The notes under the pieces: model-generated
What the model saw: the letters and a program-made list of their open reading frames with translations, nothing else
The model's database searches: none
Told to the model about the DNA's origin: nothing
DNA from: Octopus sinensis
Lineage: Eukaryota
Length of the DNA stretch: 64,000 bases
Direction: 5' to 3'
Assembly: GCF_006345805.1 (NCBI RefSeq)
Contig: NC_043005.1
Span: 81,158,001-81,222,000 of the forward strand
Shown: positions 12,316-24,328 of the stretch, piece by piece
Layout of the letters: every line of letters starts with the position of its first letter
Position numbering within the stretch: the first letter of the stretch is position 1
Made by a program: the position numbers and the translations under genes

Positions 12316-12705
12316 TCTTTTATCTTTTACATGTTTCAGTCATTGGACTGCGATCATGCTGGGGCAGTGGCTAGAAGGTTTATTTTTTCCTTTTTGTCGA
12401 ATAAATCGACCCCGGTACATTTTTTAGCCTGGTACTTATTATGTCGGTTTCTTTTGCCGAACCGTTAAGTTACAGGAACGTAAACACACCAATACTGGTT
12501 ATCAAGCTCTGGTGGGGTACAAACACAAACACAACGCCCACACACACATACGACGGTCTTCCAGTTTACCAAGTCCACTCAAAAGGCTTTGGACGGCCCG
12601 AATCTATAATACAAGAGAGCTGCCCCATGTACCATGCAGTGGGACTGAATCGGAAAGCCTGTGTTTAGGAAGTAAACTTCTTACCACGAACCACGCCTGC
12701 TTCTT
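12316..12705 (-). mobile_element. SINE family B, inverted relative to the preceding copy
   Basis: Reverse complement of the family B tail (tcttttacatgtttcagtcattggactg) and head. Confidence 0.8.
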
Positions 12706-12973
12706 CATGCAGAAATAATTTAATTCTTCTCAACAATCTTTATTAGTTGAACAAAAGGTTAATACTAAAAGTTCTGCCACAGTTTTACAAGAGTCCCTCA
12801 GGGACCTACTGCAAGATATGTAGACCCTGTAGATGAAAGAATATGGGCTCTGCTTTGCAATCCCTATTTTAGGATATGAAGCACAGATATCTTGCAGTTT
12901 TTATCTACGCAGCTATTAAATTATGCCCAATGTTTAAGAAAGGATACAGCAAATTTTAAAAACATAATAGAAA

Positions 12974-13033
12974 ACCCTATTGGATAAATAATTTCGTGGT
13001 ACAGAAACCGATGAGGTTACACTCTTCAGGGGT
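12974..13033 (-). ncRNA. Candidate type I hammerhead motif with AUA cleavage triplet
   Basis: Minus strand: ACCC CUGAAGA GUG-(21 nt)-CAC GAAA UU-(8 nt)-A AUA GGGU. Core intact; stem III is weak (3 A-U pairs). Confidence 0.5.
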
Positions 13034-15126
13034 GGAACTCTACAAACGAGAAAAATCAGGCATTTTTGTACCATTTTTGTACCATAAAATTATCAGTCAT
13101 TGATATAAACAAGATTTTAAAAAGCATATCAGCTACTGTTATTCCAGAGCGAAAAGTTATAGAATTAGATAATTATATATTATAAATATTAATACCTCTT
13201 GATTACACGTTATAGAAAACCTCAACAGGGTTTTCTATAACATGTATTTCTATTACAATATTTCTTCGTATTTTCAGATAGCAGACCAATTTCATTGCAA
13301 TCGTATTTTAATTCTTAAAAGCAGGGTGGAATATTTATATAATTAGCGAAAGCATAGCTGTGTACTTCGCCGTTGTATGGTATCTTTTCTAACATATTGT
13401 ATCTAACATTTGGCTAGTGTCTTGTCCGGTTGCACCATTAACTTTCAGTTTAATTCGATTAAAGGAAATGATGTGGAAAACTTTGCAAGGAATAGTTACT
13501 ATTCCCTATCAACATTCTAAAAAATTGATTTGAAAACACCGTCACACATTAATGGAATTTCAACCATGTTTCGTGGTCTGCTAACACAACATCTCCTTTA
13601 TAGGATCCAGTTAGTTCAAGACATCATCTGGAGGAACCACGTCTGGTTTCGGCCCCTAATTCTTTACCTTTTTGACGTGGCGGGGCCCCTTCTTTCGGAG
13701 GTGTCTTCAGCTCTGGTGTTGAGTGCATGTCTTCTCTCAACTGTTCCCTGGCCTCTTCGATGCAACGTCAACGAATGTCAGCGAGAGACTGACTGACTTG
13801 CCAAATTTTTCCTTTTAAATACCTGCTGCTAGGCTCCAGCAGGAGCCCCTGCAAGTTGTCATGTAGTTGTCAGCTTCCGGCGCAGCTCTCCGGTCTGAAC
13901 GTAAATTTTTCTCTTGGTCGCACAGAACCTGGCTGCTAGGGCAGACAATCCTCTATACAATCATATCACAAATATAATATCTTGATAGTCTATATTTCGT
14001 TGGTTACGACAAGCATTAACAATATATAAATTTGCTGTTATTCTGTGTTCATATAATTCCTACTCAAAGTAATTGAAAGAATGAGACACAAAAGAGTATT
14101 GTAGGTGAAGTATGTGAATTCTTTTTTGGCAATCTGCAATAAATAGATTCGTAGATGTTAAAATATTCTTTTCCATTGTTACAATACACCATTACTTCTT
14201 TTCTGTTTAATTTATTATCCATTGTCATGAAACACTGGCGGGTTATTTTAGTTTTTAATGTCACAAACATAGAAATTTAATTTTTCAAATGAAAAATAAT
14301 TAGGTTTCTCTACTGAAAATTTATTTTTTCTTCTTTTATAAAAATCTTGTGGTTTTACATTTAATGAAGCGATAATACTTACTACATATATAAACTGGCG
14401 ATTTTATTTGAGAAATGAGCACATTGTTTTCTTATAATAAAACCAAGAAATTATATTCAACTTAACTGTATAAATTATTGACAATGAATATGAGCTATCT
14501 TAGAGTGCCATTTGTTTTCATTTATCGAAATAAATTCTGCTAGAATTTTGAAGAGAAACAAATCACAAAAAAACATTTACTTTTACTATGATGTGAAGGC
14601 TGTTATAAAATTTATGTCGTGAATGTTTGGATAACGATTAGCATTGTGGTTTTTCACTGAAGCCAAGTTCTTATTGTTTAGGTTGAGAGGAACACGGTTC
14701 CGTCGTTACAGGCATGGACAATACGCGACTTCGTTGAAACAGTCCTTCCCGCAAAGCAACTTAAATAAAATTTGGGATTTTTTGGCAGAGGGTGGAAGTG
14801 GTAACAAGAACAGGACAGTGAGAACAAAACAGTAAAAAGAAACGGTAAGGGCTTTTATGACAAGACGATACAAAAATTATTATGAACGCTAAGACGAGCT
14901 TATGAAAGATATATATATATATATATATATACATATATTCTTTTACTTGTGTCTATTGTGCAGCCACCTTCAATGGTTTTCATCGAAGAAATCCACCCCA
15001 GAACTTAATTCTTTAAGCTTATTACTTACTCCATAGATTTCATTTGCAGAACCGCTACGGGGAGGTAAACACACCAACAGAGGCTATCAAGAGTTACGGG
15101 GTTGGTTGGCTAACACAAATAGAAAG

Positions 15127-15157
<31 letters not shown>

Positions 15158-15339
15158 ACATTATATAATTAGGGCTTAGTAAGATAAATTACTTTGCCAC
15201 ATACTGAACTTAGTAGAAATAGCAGCCAAAAAAAATGTTCTTAGCATTTCGACTACTTAAAGAAAATTTCTCTCAGATAATGTTTACTCTAGACAGCTCA
15301 CGAAGGTTTGGGGGTAAATACAGAAAAATACATAGATCG

Positions 15340-15402
15340 TTTGAGTACGTCAACGTTTCAAGATTAGCCAAATAAAATCAGCATTTCTTTCGTCAGCTCA
15401 AA
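15340..15402 (-). ncRNA. Type I hammerhead motif, core intact, in a solo pLTR-like segment (about 15160-15445) between TA tracts
   Basis: Minus strand: UUUGAG CUGACGA AAGA-(22 nt)-UCUU GAAAC GUUGAC GUA CUCAAA. 6-bp stem I; ACGUUGACGU is self-complementary with two G-U pairs. Confidence 0.8.
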
Positions 15403-15475
15403 ATTTCTTAATTTGGATTTGGAAACACTAAAAAGAAGGAACTAACTATATATATATATATATATAAATATATAT

Positions 15476-15699
15476 CACGTGATCACGTGACCGACAAGAC
15501 TATTAGATGGTGTTACACATCACTGGCCACAATGCACTTTGCATTGTTTTAGCTATCAAATGATACCACCCCGTTGCTTAGGTGACCAGGCAAATACTCT
15601 CTGCTTGGTCGAAACTGAAGCAACGTTTGGTCAGGGAATCGAATCCACAATCTAGCGATCGTGAGTGCAATAGTCTAACCACTAGGACACGTGCCTTCA
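15476..15699 (-). mobile_element. SINE family D, internally deleted
   Basis: Minus-strand head gtgaaggcacgtgtcctagtggttag...ggattcgattccc plus family D tail. Confidence 0.7.
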
Positions 15700-15897
15700 C
15701 GTTCTCCCTCTCTCTCTCTGTCTCTTTGTCTCTTGCTCTCCCCCCCTTTCTATCTTGCTCTCTCGTTCTCCCCCTCTCTCTCTATATATATATAGATATA
15801 TGTACACGCACACACACGCATACATATTAATACATTGTTTGTTTGTACTCCACCTGCCTTGTCTTCTGTTTACTTTCGTAAACCTTCCAGTTATATA

Positions 15898-15939
<42 letters not shown>

Positions 15940-15942
<3 letters not shown>

Positions 15943-16058
15943 CCTGATCACTTAGCCCAGCGGGGTGGCGTCATTTGAAGGCAAAAACAATGCAAAGTGC
16001 ATTGTGACCAGCGACATATAATAACATCCGATAGCCTGGTCGGTCACGGTGATCACGG

Positions 16059-16062
<4 letters not shown>
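15940..16062 (+). mobile_element. SINE family D tail, 5'-truncated
   Basis: ggcctgatcacttagcccagcggggtggcgtcatttgaaggc...gcctggtcggtcacggtgat. Confidence 0.75.
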
Positions 16063-16116
<54 letters not shown>

Positions 16117-16771
16117 GACGGGCTTCTTTCAGTTTTCGTCTTCCAAATCCACCCACTTGTCCAGATGGCACGCAGTAGGACTGAACTCACAACCATGTCC
16201 GACCGGGTGTTGTTATACATTGTTGGTCGGTCACAATATGTTTCCCATTCTCTTTTTCATTGCTCAATACTCTTGAATGTTGGCCCACATGATTTAAGTG
16301 AATCGCCTTCCCATAAACATATACGTATATACATGTATGTCCCACTTTATTCCTAATCCAGTATTCTATTGATCCTCACATTCCAATCAGTCTAATTTGG
16401 CATATAATATAAACATTTTCATAATATATACGTATTAACTTACTCAGATTTTGTTACAATTGTAATATGTTTCTTAAATATTTGAAACTATTTGATTTCA
16501 GTTTCACTGTAGTTCCCGTTGCTCTTAAATGTAATTTAGTTACCCTAACTATTTAGACGGAATTCATTTAGGATTTTTTATTATGTATCTTCAATTCAAT
16601 AATGGCAGCTCAAAGTATCCAATCTCCGTGTGCAGTGACACACAACCCGAGACGTAGGTTTTGCGATCATAGATCTGTATGTTTTTACTAGCTCATGTTA
16701 ATTGCCACAAAATTATATCAATAAAGTCATAAAATATATATACAATTTATATACATGTGTGTGTGTGCGTA

Positions 16772-16810
<39 letters not shown>

Positions 16811-17061
16811 ATGAGTGTAAATATATATATATGGTGGAAGAGTGAGAGAGGAAGAGCGAGAGACAGAGATAGATATAGATAGACAGGTAGATAAAAATAT
16901 ACATATGTATATATTTATATATTTATATATATGTCTGTATGTGATATGTGTATGTACATGTACATACACCTTACACGTATATATACATATATCCATTACG
17001 TACTTTCAGGCTCATGGTAATTGCCACGAAAATATATCAATATAGTCGTATAGTATATATA

Positions 17062-17099
<38 letters not shown>

Positions 17100-17105
<6 letters not shown>

Positions 17106-17545
17106 ATAAATATTAGGGAATAAATCCAAATTTACAGGGAAAAAATCAGATTTAGGATTAAATCCAATTTTATAGTAAAATATTATATATATTAATTAGA
17201 GACAAAACCACTATTTTGCAAAACAACAAGGAAAGACTTAATCAATACATACAATTTTAATAAAAAGTAAAAAAACCGCCACTACAATTGTTTCATGTCT
17301 TGATCGACAATCTTCAGGTGGATTTCCGATTTTAAAGTCAGTTTCAAATTATGAAGATTGTCGATCAAGACATGAAATATATATACAATTTATATACATG
17401 TGTGTGTGTGCGTATATATATATATATATATATATATGAAACAATTGTAGTGGCGGTTTTTTTACTTTTTATTAAAATTTTATTTATTGATTAAGTCTTT
17501 CCTTGTTTGTTTTGCAAAATAGTGGTTTTGTCTCTAATTAATATA
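17100..17545. mobile_element. Penelope-like pLTR with an inverted second copy
   Basis: About 17196-17316 is the reverse complement of 17352-17377 plus 17436-17545. (TA)n on both outer ends. Confidence 0.75.
17279..17321 (-). ncRNA. Minimal type I hammerhead motif (43 nt)
   Basis: Minus strand: CCAC CUGAAGA U UGUC GAUCAA GACA U GAAAC AAUU GUA GUGG. Palindromic stem III ACAAUUGU; U10.1/U11.1 mismatch. Confidence 0.8.
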
Positions 17546-17593
17546 TATATATATATATAGAATATATATATATATATATAGAATATATATATA

Positions 17594-17959
17594 GGCGCAG
17601 GAGTGGCTGTGTGGTAAGTAGCTTGCTTGCCAACCACATGGTTCCGGGTTGTCCCACTGCGTGGCACCTTGAGCAAGTGTCTTCTACTATAGCCTCGGGC
17701 CGACCAAAGCCTTGTGAGTGGATTTGGTTGACGGAAACTGAAAGAAGCCCGTCGTATATATGTATACATATATATATGTGTGCGTGTTTGTCCTCCTAGC
17801 ATTGCTTGACAACCGATGCTGGTGTGTTTATGTCCCCGTCACCTAGCGGTTCGGCAAAAGAGACCGAAAGAATAAGTCCCGGGGTCGATTTGCTCGATTA
17901 AAGGCTGTGCTCCAGCATGGCCGCAGTCAAATGACTGAAACAAGTAAAAGAGTAAAAGA

Positions 17960-17960
<1 letters not shown>
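17594..17960 (+). mobile_element. SINE family B, full length, low divergence
   Basis: ggcgcaggagtggctgtgtggtaagtagc... to ...gcagtcaaatgactgaaacaagtaaaagagtaaaagag. Confidence 0.92.
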
Positions 17961-17994
<34 letters not shown>

Positions 17995-18643
17995 TATATG
18001 TGTGTGTGTGGTGTGTGTGTTGTGTGTGTGTGTGTGTGATGGTGTGCGTGATTAAGGGTGTGTGTGTGTGTGTGTGTGTGTGTCTGCATTATATATGTAC
18101 GTTTCTATCTTTTCATTAGGACGAAATGCGTCTGTTATCAACAGATAAGTCAAAAGTAGTGTGACAGTTATTACTGTAAGAAATTACGCACTAATATATA
18201 TCATAAGGGCACATAAATGTAACACTTTCTTCTAGCTACTGCAATCAAATAGAGGAATTAGTTAGCAATGTATGACTTTTATTTTCAATAAAAATCCGAT
18301 AAAGACAGGAATAAATTCATCTTGTTCGCGAAGTTAACTCTTCATACGCCAGTTAGATATGAAAGAAATTCGGTTTAATAAGACTCAAAGTTACGCAAAC
18401 GAGATACGCACGCGCTTAAACACACATAGGGATGCAGTCAAAACACAGATCAACATATATACACTGGTGTCTATGTTTTCTAGATGAACGCAGCATTACC
18501 ATGTGTATATGTTTATATATATATATACATATTTGCACATACATGTACGTATATACGGATATATATATGTATATATATATAAATATATATATATGTATGT
18601 ATAAATATGTTATATACATAAATATATATATATATGTATATAC

Positions 18644-18675
<32 letters not shown>

Positions 18676-19250
18676 AAAATATATATACATAATATATGTA
18701 TACAATATATATACATATATATACATATAATATACATATGTATACATACGCACACACAACACAACCAACACACACACACACACTTATATATATATATACA
18801 TGCGTATACATGTATATGTAGTAGATTGGATTTGTGGTGTCTGGTGAACGCTGCTTTCATTCATACTGGGTTTGATATAAAAGGATTTATAATAAGTAAA
18901 AGCAAAGTGGACAAGTTTATTACACCAAATTAGTGTTAGTTTATGACCAACCAGCTTATCTATCAAAACAAAAAAAATCTAATACAGGAAACTTTCTGTC
19001 AACTAAAACGTATCGTATATTTCTACATCCAAAACAGACGTCCGTCGTTTATGATCACCAGCGTAGCAATGGTTTGATCGTGGTACGAGAATTGTCAATC
19101 AATTAGAATAGAAATGATTTATTATCCTGCGGCTGTATATATTTTAATTGTCACGTAGAAATAGCCGTGGTGTTGCTTGAGAACGATTGCTAATAGAATT
19201 AAGGCACTAATTCTCTCACAACTGTGGATATATTAGTGAACAACAAGATT

Positions 19251-19486
19251 AAGGTTGTGCACTAGCAGAAACATTAGCACGTCGGGCGAAATGTTTACCG
19301 GTATTTCGTCTGCCGTTACGCTGTGAGTTCAAATTCCGCCGAGGTCGACTTTGCCTTTCATCCTTTCGGGGTCGATAAATTAAGTACCAGTTACGCACTG
19401 GGGTCGATGTAATCGACTTAATCCCTTCGTCTGTCCTTGTTTGCCCCATCTATGTTTAGTCCGTTCTGGGCAATAAAGAAATAAGA
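19251..19486 (+). mobile_element. SINE family C (core resembles the Meta/Sauria-SINE central domain)
   Basis: gagttcaaattccgccgaggtcgactttgcctttcatcctttcggggtcgataaattaagtaccag. About 12 copies. Meta-domain resemblance is from recall, not from a search. Confidence 0.85.
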
Positions 19487-19906
19487 ACCGGAGCAATGGG
19501 AAGATGTGTGTGTGTGTGTGTGCACGTGCGCATGCGTAAGTGTTTGCATAAAGGTGTGTGTGTGTATGACTGTGTATAAGAGTTTGCATAATCAGGTGTG
19601 TGGTCTGAGTACTGAGTTAAACGGTTTATAGATGTGCGCGGATGGTAGGAGTAGAAGCAGTGTAAGGTGTGGTGTGTATGGATGTGTGAATATGTGTAGG
19701 GATGGGCTTAGAATGAAGAGAGGTGACGAATTCAGGCCATCAGGAGCAGAAAAATGAAGACAGCAAATCAATTCCTATATATTTCTATGTATATTTCTAT
19801 GTATATGTATATATATTTTATTTATTTTTTATTTTTATTTAGTTTCAGCTCACAAGCTGTGGCCATGCTGGGGCACCACCATTTGGTGTTGCTACATGAT
19901 TTTACT

Positions 19907-22859
19907 TCACGAATGCTTTTTAGCAAATGCCATCTGGTGCATGAGAGAGTTCGATGCAGCTGCCCTCATCTGCACCTCCTGCCGTGAAGTTGGTTCATCT
20001 GGGACACCCGACAAGAAGAGATCCAGTTTCACTTTAAAGACATCTGCATCCACCCCATGCAGGTCTTTTAGGTTCTTTGGGAGGATATTAAAGAGCTGTG
20101 GGCCTCGGAAGCGCAGGCTATCACAGTATCTCGTCCTACATCTTGATGGCAAATTTGGAGTCCTTGGCACTATGCAGTGGCGCCCAGTTCTGGCATTTGT
20201 GTAACTCTCGATGCCAAAGTTTGGGACAAGTCCTTCTAGGATCTTCCAGATGTATATTATGGCATATCTTTCTCGCCTACGCTCTAAGCAATAGAGTCTT
20301 AATCTCTTGAGTCTTTCCCAATAGCTTATATGTTGCACAGAAGCTATCTTCTTCGTGTAGCTTCGTTGGATCGCCTCAAGTTCTGCGATTAACTTGACAC
20401 TGGATGGTGACCATAGCTGAGAGCAATAGTCAAAGTGGCTTAGGACAAGTGTCCTCCAAAGGACCATCATGGTTTCCTGGTCTCTTGTTCTAAAGGTTCT
20501 AAGAATCCATCCGGTCAGCCGCCTACATGTCATTGCCAATTTAGCAACATGCACATGAAAGATTGCAACATTACTCATGTAAATACACAGGTCTCGCACT
20601 GATTGTGCCTCTAGGATTGCAATCCCTCCGGGTCCAGTGTATTTATTGGGTATTGCATTTAGTTTTGCATGCTTATAGCATAAAGCTTGAAACTTTTCAG
20701 CATTGAACTGCATGCAATTCTTTTCAGCCCACTTTGTCCACCCCACTTTGTATATTTTGTCCAGCTCACATTGCAGATGCTTAGTTTCTTCAGGGTTCTG
20801 TATTGCCTGTGAAACTTTTGTATCATCTGCATAACTTGTGATCGTGGCTCTCTGCGTGGCTGAGGGCATGTCTGAGATGGCCATTATTAACAGTAGTGGT
20901 CCCAGAACAGTGCCTTGCGGGACACCGCTCACTATTTGCTATGTGTTAATGGAAGTGGCTACTACCACCTGAATTCTATCCTTCAGAAAGTCATGAAGCC
21001 ATTCTCCCAATTTTCCAACTATGCCAAGATCACGCAGTTTGTGACATATCATTCCATGATCGACTTCATCAAAGGCCTTTGCAAAGTCGAGATATATGAC
21101 TTCCAGATTTGAGTGGTTGAGCAGTCGTTTCAGCAACCAGTCATAGTGTTGTAGGAGCTTCTTTCTGGTCGGAAACCATGTTGGGTGTCAGGCAGCAAGT
21201 CATTTTCTTCAAGAAGCTGATTAATTTCCTTCTGACTATCCGTTCCATGACCTTGCTGATGTGTGAGGTCAGAGAGATAGGTCGGTAGTTCTTGGCCTAC
21301 GCTCTGCTACCTCCTTTATGAATAGGGCATATTTTATCTTCCTTCAGTTTTCTTGGGAATTTGCCAGTTGCAAGAAAGCTCTGAAAGAGGAACTGTAGTG
21401 GTCTTGCTAGGACTCTCTTACATACTTTTAGAAGGATTGCTGGGAATCCATCGGGGCCAGTAGCTGAGTTTGTTTTCATTTCATCAATAGCCTTTATTGC
21501 ATCGTCTTCCTTTATATTGATGTAATCAATCATCGCTGCCTCTGATTTTATATCTGCAGTGGTAAAGAAATCAGTTGGATTGCTGACTTGAAAATGCCCT
21601 TGGGGTGGAGTGAAAATACTCTTGAATTGCTCATTTAGTATTTCACTTACCCTCAATGGATTTCCTGTGAGTGTGCCATCCTTTTCAAGGAGTGGCCCTG
21701 TCCTACAGTGCACCGTAGCTGTTTCTTTGGCATACCTGTAGAAAGCTTTGGGGTTAGATTTTATGTTGTCTATAGCCCAGGCTTCTTTGTCTGCTCTTTC
21801 TTTTTTATGGGAGAGTTGCAGACATTTTTCAATTTCCAACAGTTTTATTTTCAGGCGGGACTTTTCACTGCTTTCAATTTGTTTGTTTAGGCGATTTGAA
21901 ACTTTAGTACGCCGTCTCATTAGAATTTTCCTCTCTCTAGGGATTTTACTCTTGTGTTCAGTGGCCTTTCTCTCTGGGACACATTTGTAGCATATGGCTT
22001 GCATTACAGACATGAACTGTTGAAGTTTCATGTCGATGTCTGGCAAGGATAAACATTCAGGCCAGTTTTGTTTGAGGATCTCTTTCTCAATTTGTTTCCA
22101 GTTTGCCTTATAGAAGTTCAAGCTGGAAAGATTCTGAGACTTTCTTGTAAGCTGCATGTCCGTGCTTTCCTTTGGACCGTACATGGTCAGCTCTACCATG
22201 TTGTGATCCGAGAGTAGTGTCGGCGTCACTTTCACATTATGGATGAGATCCATATTATTTGTGAAGCAGAGATCCAGTATGTTACCTGCCCTGGTTGGTT
22301 GGAGTATTACTTGCTCCATGCACAGCGTGTTGATGAGGTTCAGGAGGGACCTCGCCTGTCTTCGTTCACATCGTATCATTCCTGAGAGAAAAAGGCCCTC
22401 GGGCCATCTGACATTGGGTAGATTGAAGTCTCCCATAAGAAGTACACTTATGTGTTGTTCTAATGTGTCTAGAACTTCTATTTCTATAAGGCAGTCTTCA
22501 AACTTGACTAGATGGCTTGGGGCATCTGGAGGGCGATATGTATCACATATAACTACACCAAGTTGCCTTATATGTACAATTAGTGTGTCACACACCGAAT
22601 TTGAGTATGACAAAAGGACCTGGGGTGTGAGGTCCTCACGGATGTACATAGCAACTCCTCCATGACTCCTTTCTTTTCTATCGGTCCGTAGTACAACATA
22701 CTGTGGTATGGGTATTTCCGCATCTGCTATGACCGGTTTCAGGTGTGTTTCCGTACGTGCTATGCATAAGGCTTGATTGCATGCAACAAAGTCTCACAAG
22801 AACGGGATTTTTGTCCTATTACTGAGTGTTAGCAGTCCTCTGATGTTCACTAGGAGCAT
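19907..22859 (-). pseudogene. LINE ORF2: apurinic endonuclease plus reverse transcriptase, disrupted
   Basis: Assembled from ORFs 22794-23003, 21297-22649, 20939-21136 and 19907-20932. In-frame stops at 22794 and 21297; frameshift or deletion near 21140-21215 and about 20935. Confidence 0.92.
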
Positions 22860-22906
22860 CGAGGTGAGGTGTATATTGTTGCCGGCGGTGTCTACCTTGG
22901 GTCTAT

Positions 22907-23764
22907 TTACTGTGGCGGTCTTGTGTATTGTGGATAGTCCCATCTGCGAGTTTGAGTTTGATTGAGCCAGGTTAGCTGCTGTACAATCTTTTGTGCCATG
23001 CACAAAAAAGATTCTTGTTCAGTAGATGCCCTTTCAATAACATGTTGGCGGTTTGTAGCACGCACCACATCTGCGTACCTCCGTTTTGGGGCAGGTGGTG
23101 CGTGGCCCATTCCTTTTCCTTTTGGTAGTTGGTTTCTGACCTGCTTCGTGTTTATGTGGCAGGGTCTTTGATGTGCAAAACGGCAGCCTGCACCTTCCTC
23201 CCCATGCCAGCAGACACCTTTCAGGTGGAATTTACACATTCGTGTGCGCTGTCTGTTTCTATCCTTTTTGGTACATGGATAGTCAGGTTTGCTTCTATCC
23301 TTGGCTGTTTCATCTTTTGGTTTTGTTTGAGTTTTAGTTTTTCCTCCTTTTATTTCTTTTGTGGCTCTTTCATCTCCATGGTTTTGGCTTTGGCTTTTGG
23401 TGCTGGTAGGAGCACTTGCACTTGGGTTTACTTCCCGGGCAGGTTTCTCACCTGAATCTTCTTTGTTGCTGTCCTGGGTGTCTACCAAGTGGGGGTGATA
23501 TCTTTCATCAGCACCCGCGCCTCCATCCTTGTCATCTTTACTTTGTTCGTTGTCAAAGATGGCATCAAGCGTGCCAATGTGAGATCTTATGAGTGCATAG
23601 GAGCGTATAAACTCCTGCTTCTTTCGCACTATCTGCGCTATCGTCCTTTTATATCCACTGCTCTTCAGCGCAGCTGTAATTATGTTGTTCGGATTATCTC
23701 CGTCGGCGCATTACCAAGCTCTCAGGAACAACGCCAATTCGTTCTTTCTCCAGGTTATGGACAT
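22907..23764 (-). pseudogene. LINE ORF1, about 285 codons: Myb/SANT-like N-terminus plus CCCH zinc finger
   Basis: ATG at 23762-23764 is in frame with ORF 22907-23629 across one TAA (23711-23713): MSITWRKNELALFLRAW*CADGDNPNNIITAALKSSGYKRTIAQIVRKK. Later CKFHLKGVCWHGEEGAGCRFAH. Confidence 0.75.
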
Positions 23765-23799
23765 TTTGGGTATTTTATTTATTTATCTATCTAATTATA

Positions 23800-24328
23800 T
23801 TTAGAATTTAATAGTGCGACAGAGGGTAGAGAAGAAATAGAGAAAGAAACTGTCTATGTATTTAGAGAGATTGAGAGCTGAGATAAGATAAGAAGAGAGT
23901 AGGAGAGAGAGAGAGTCTATATATTTAAGAAGATTGAGAGGCTGAAAGAAGAAAGATGGTGTGATAGAGAAAGAGATGAAAGAGAGGAAGTGATGCAAAA
24001 GATTGAGCGGCTGAGAGAAGATAAGAAGAAAGTGAGAGTCTATAAATTTAGGAAGAAAGATGATGTGATAAAGAGATGAAAGAGAGGAAGTGATGCAAAA
24101 GATTGAGCGATTGAGAGAAGAAATATGGTGTGATAGAGAGAAATGAAGAAACAGAGGGAGAACGAAAGGAAAGAGAGGAGGTTACGAGGCTGAAACAGAA
24201 GTTGAAAGATTATTAACAGAATGTAAATTATAAATATATAGCTACAAACGTTAACTTCTAAACTAAACTAATTGCGACTATACTTCTAATGTTCGCGTCT
24301 ATATATTTAGGGAGATTGAGGGACTGAG

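Noticed and set aside
12808-12898. 12-bp inverted repeat actgcaagatat/atatcttgcagt enclosing a loose hairpin
   Set aside because: Single copy, no TSD, and pairing is too irregular to call a MITE or pre-miRNA.
13560-13715. CUGAAGA and GAAAC motifs on the minus strand
   Set aside because: No stem II closure and no valid NUH site with matching stem I.
22243-23794. Plus-strand ORFs of 100-140 aa over the LINE
   Set aside because: Antisense shadows of LINE ORF1 and ORF2.
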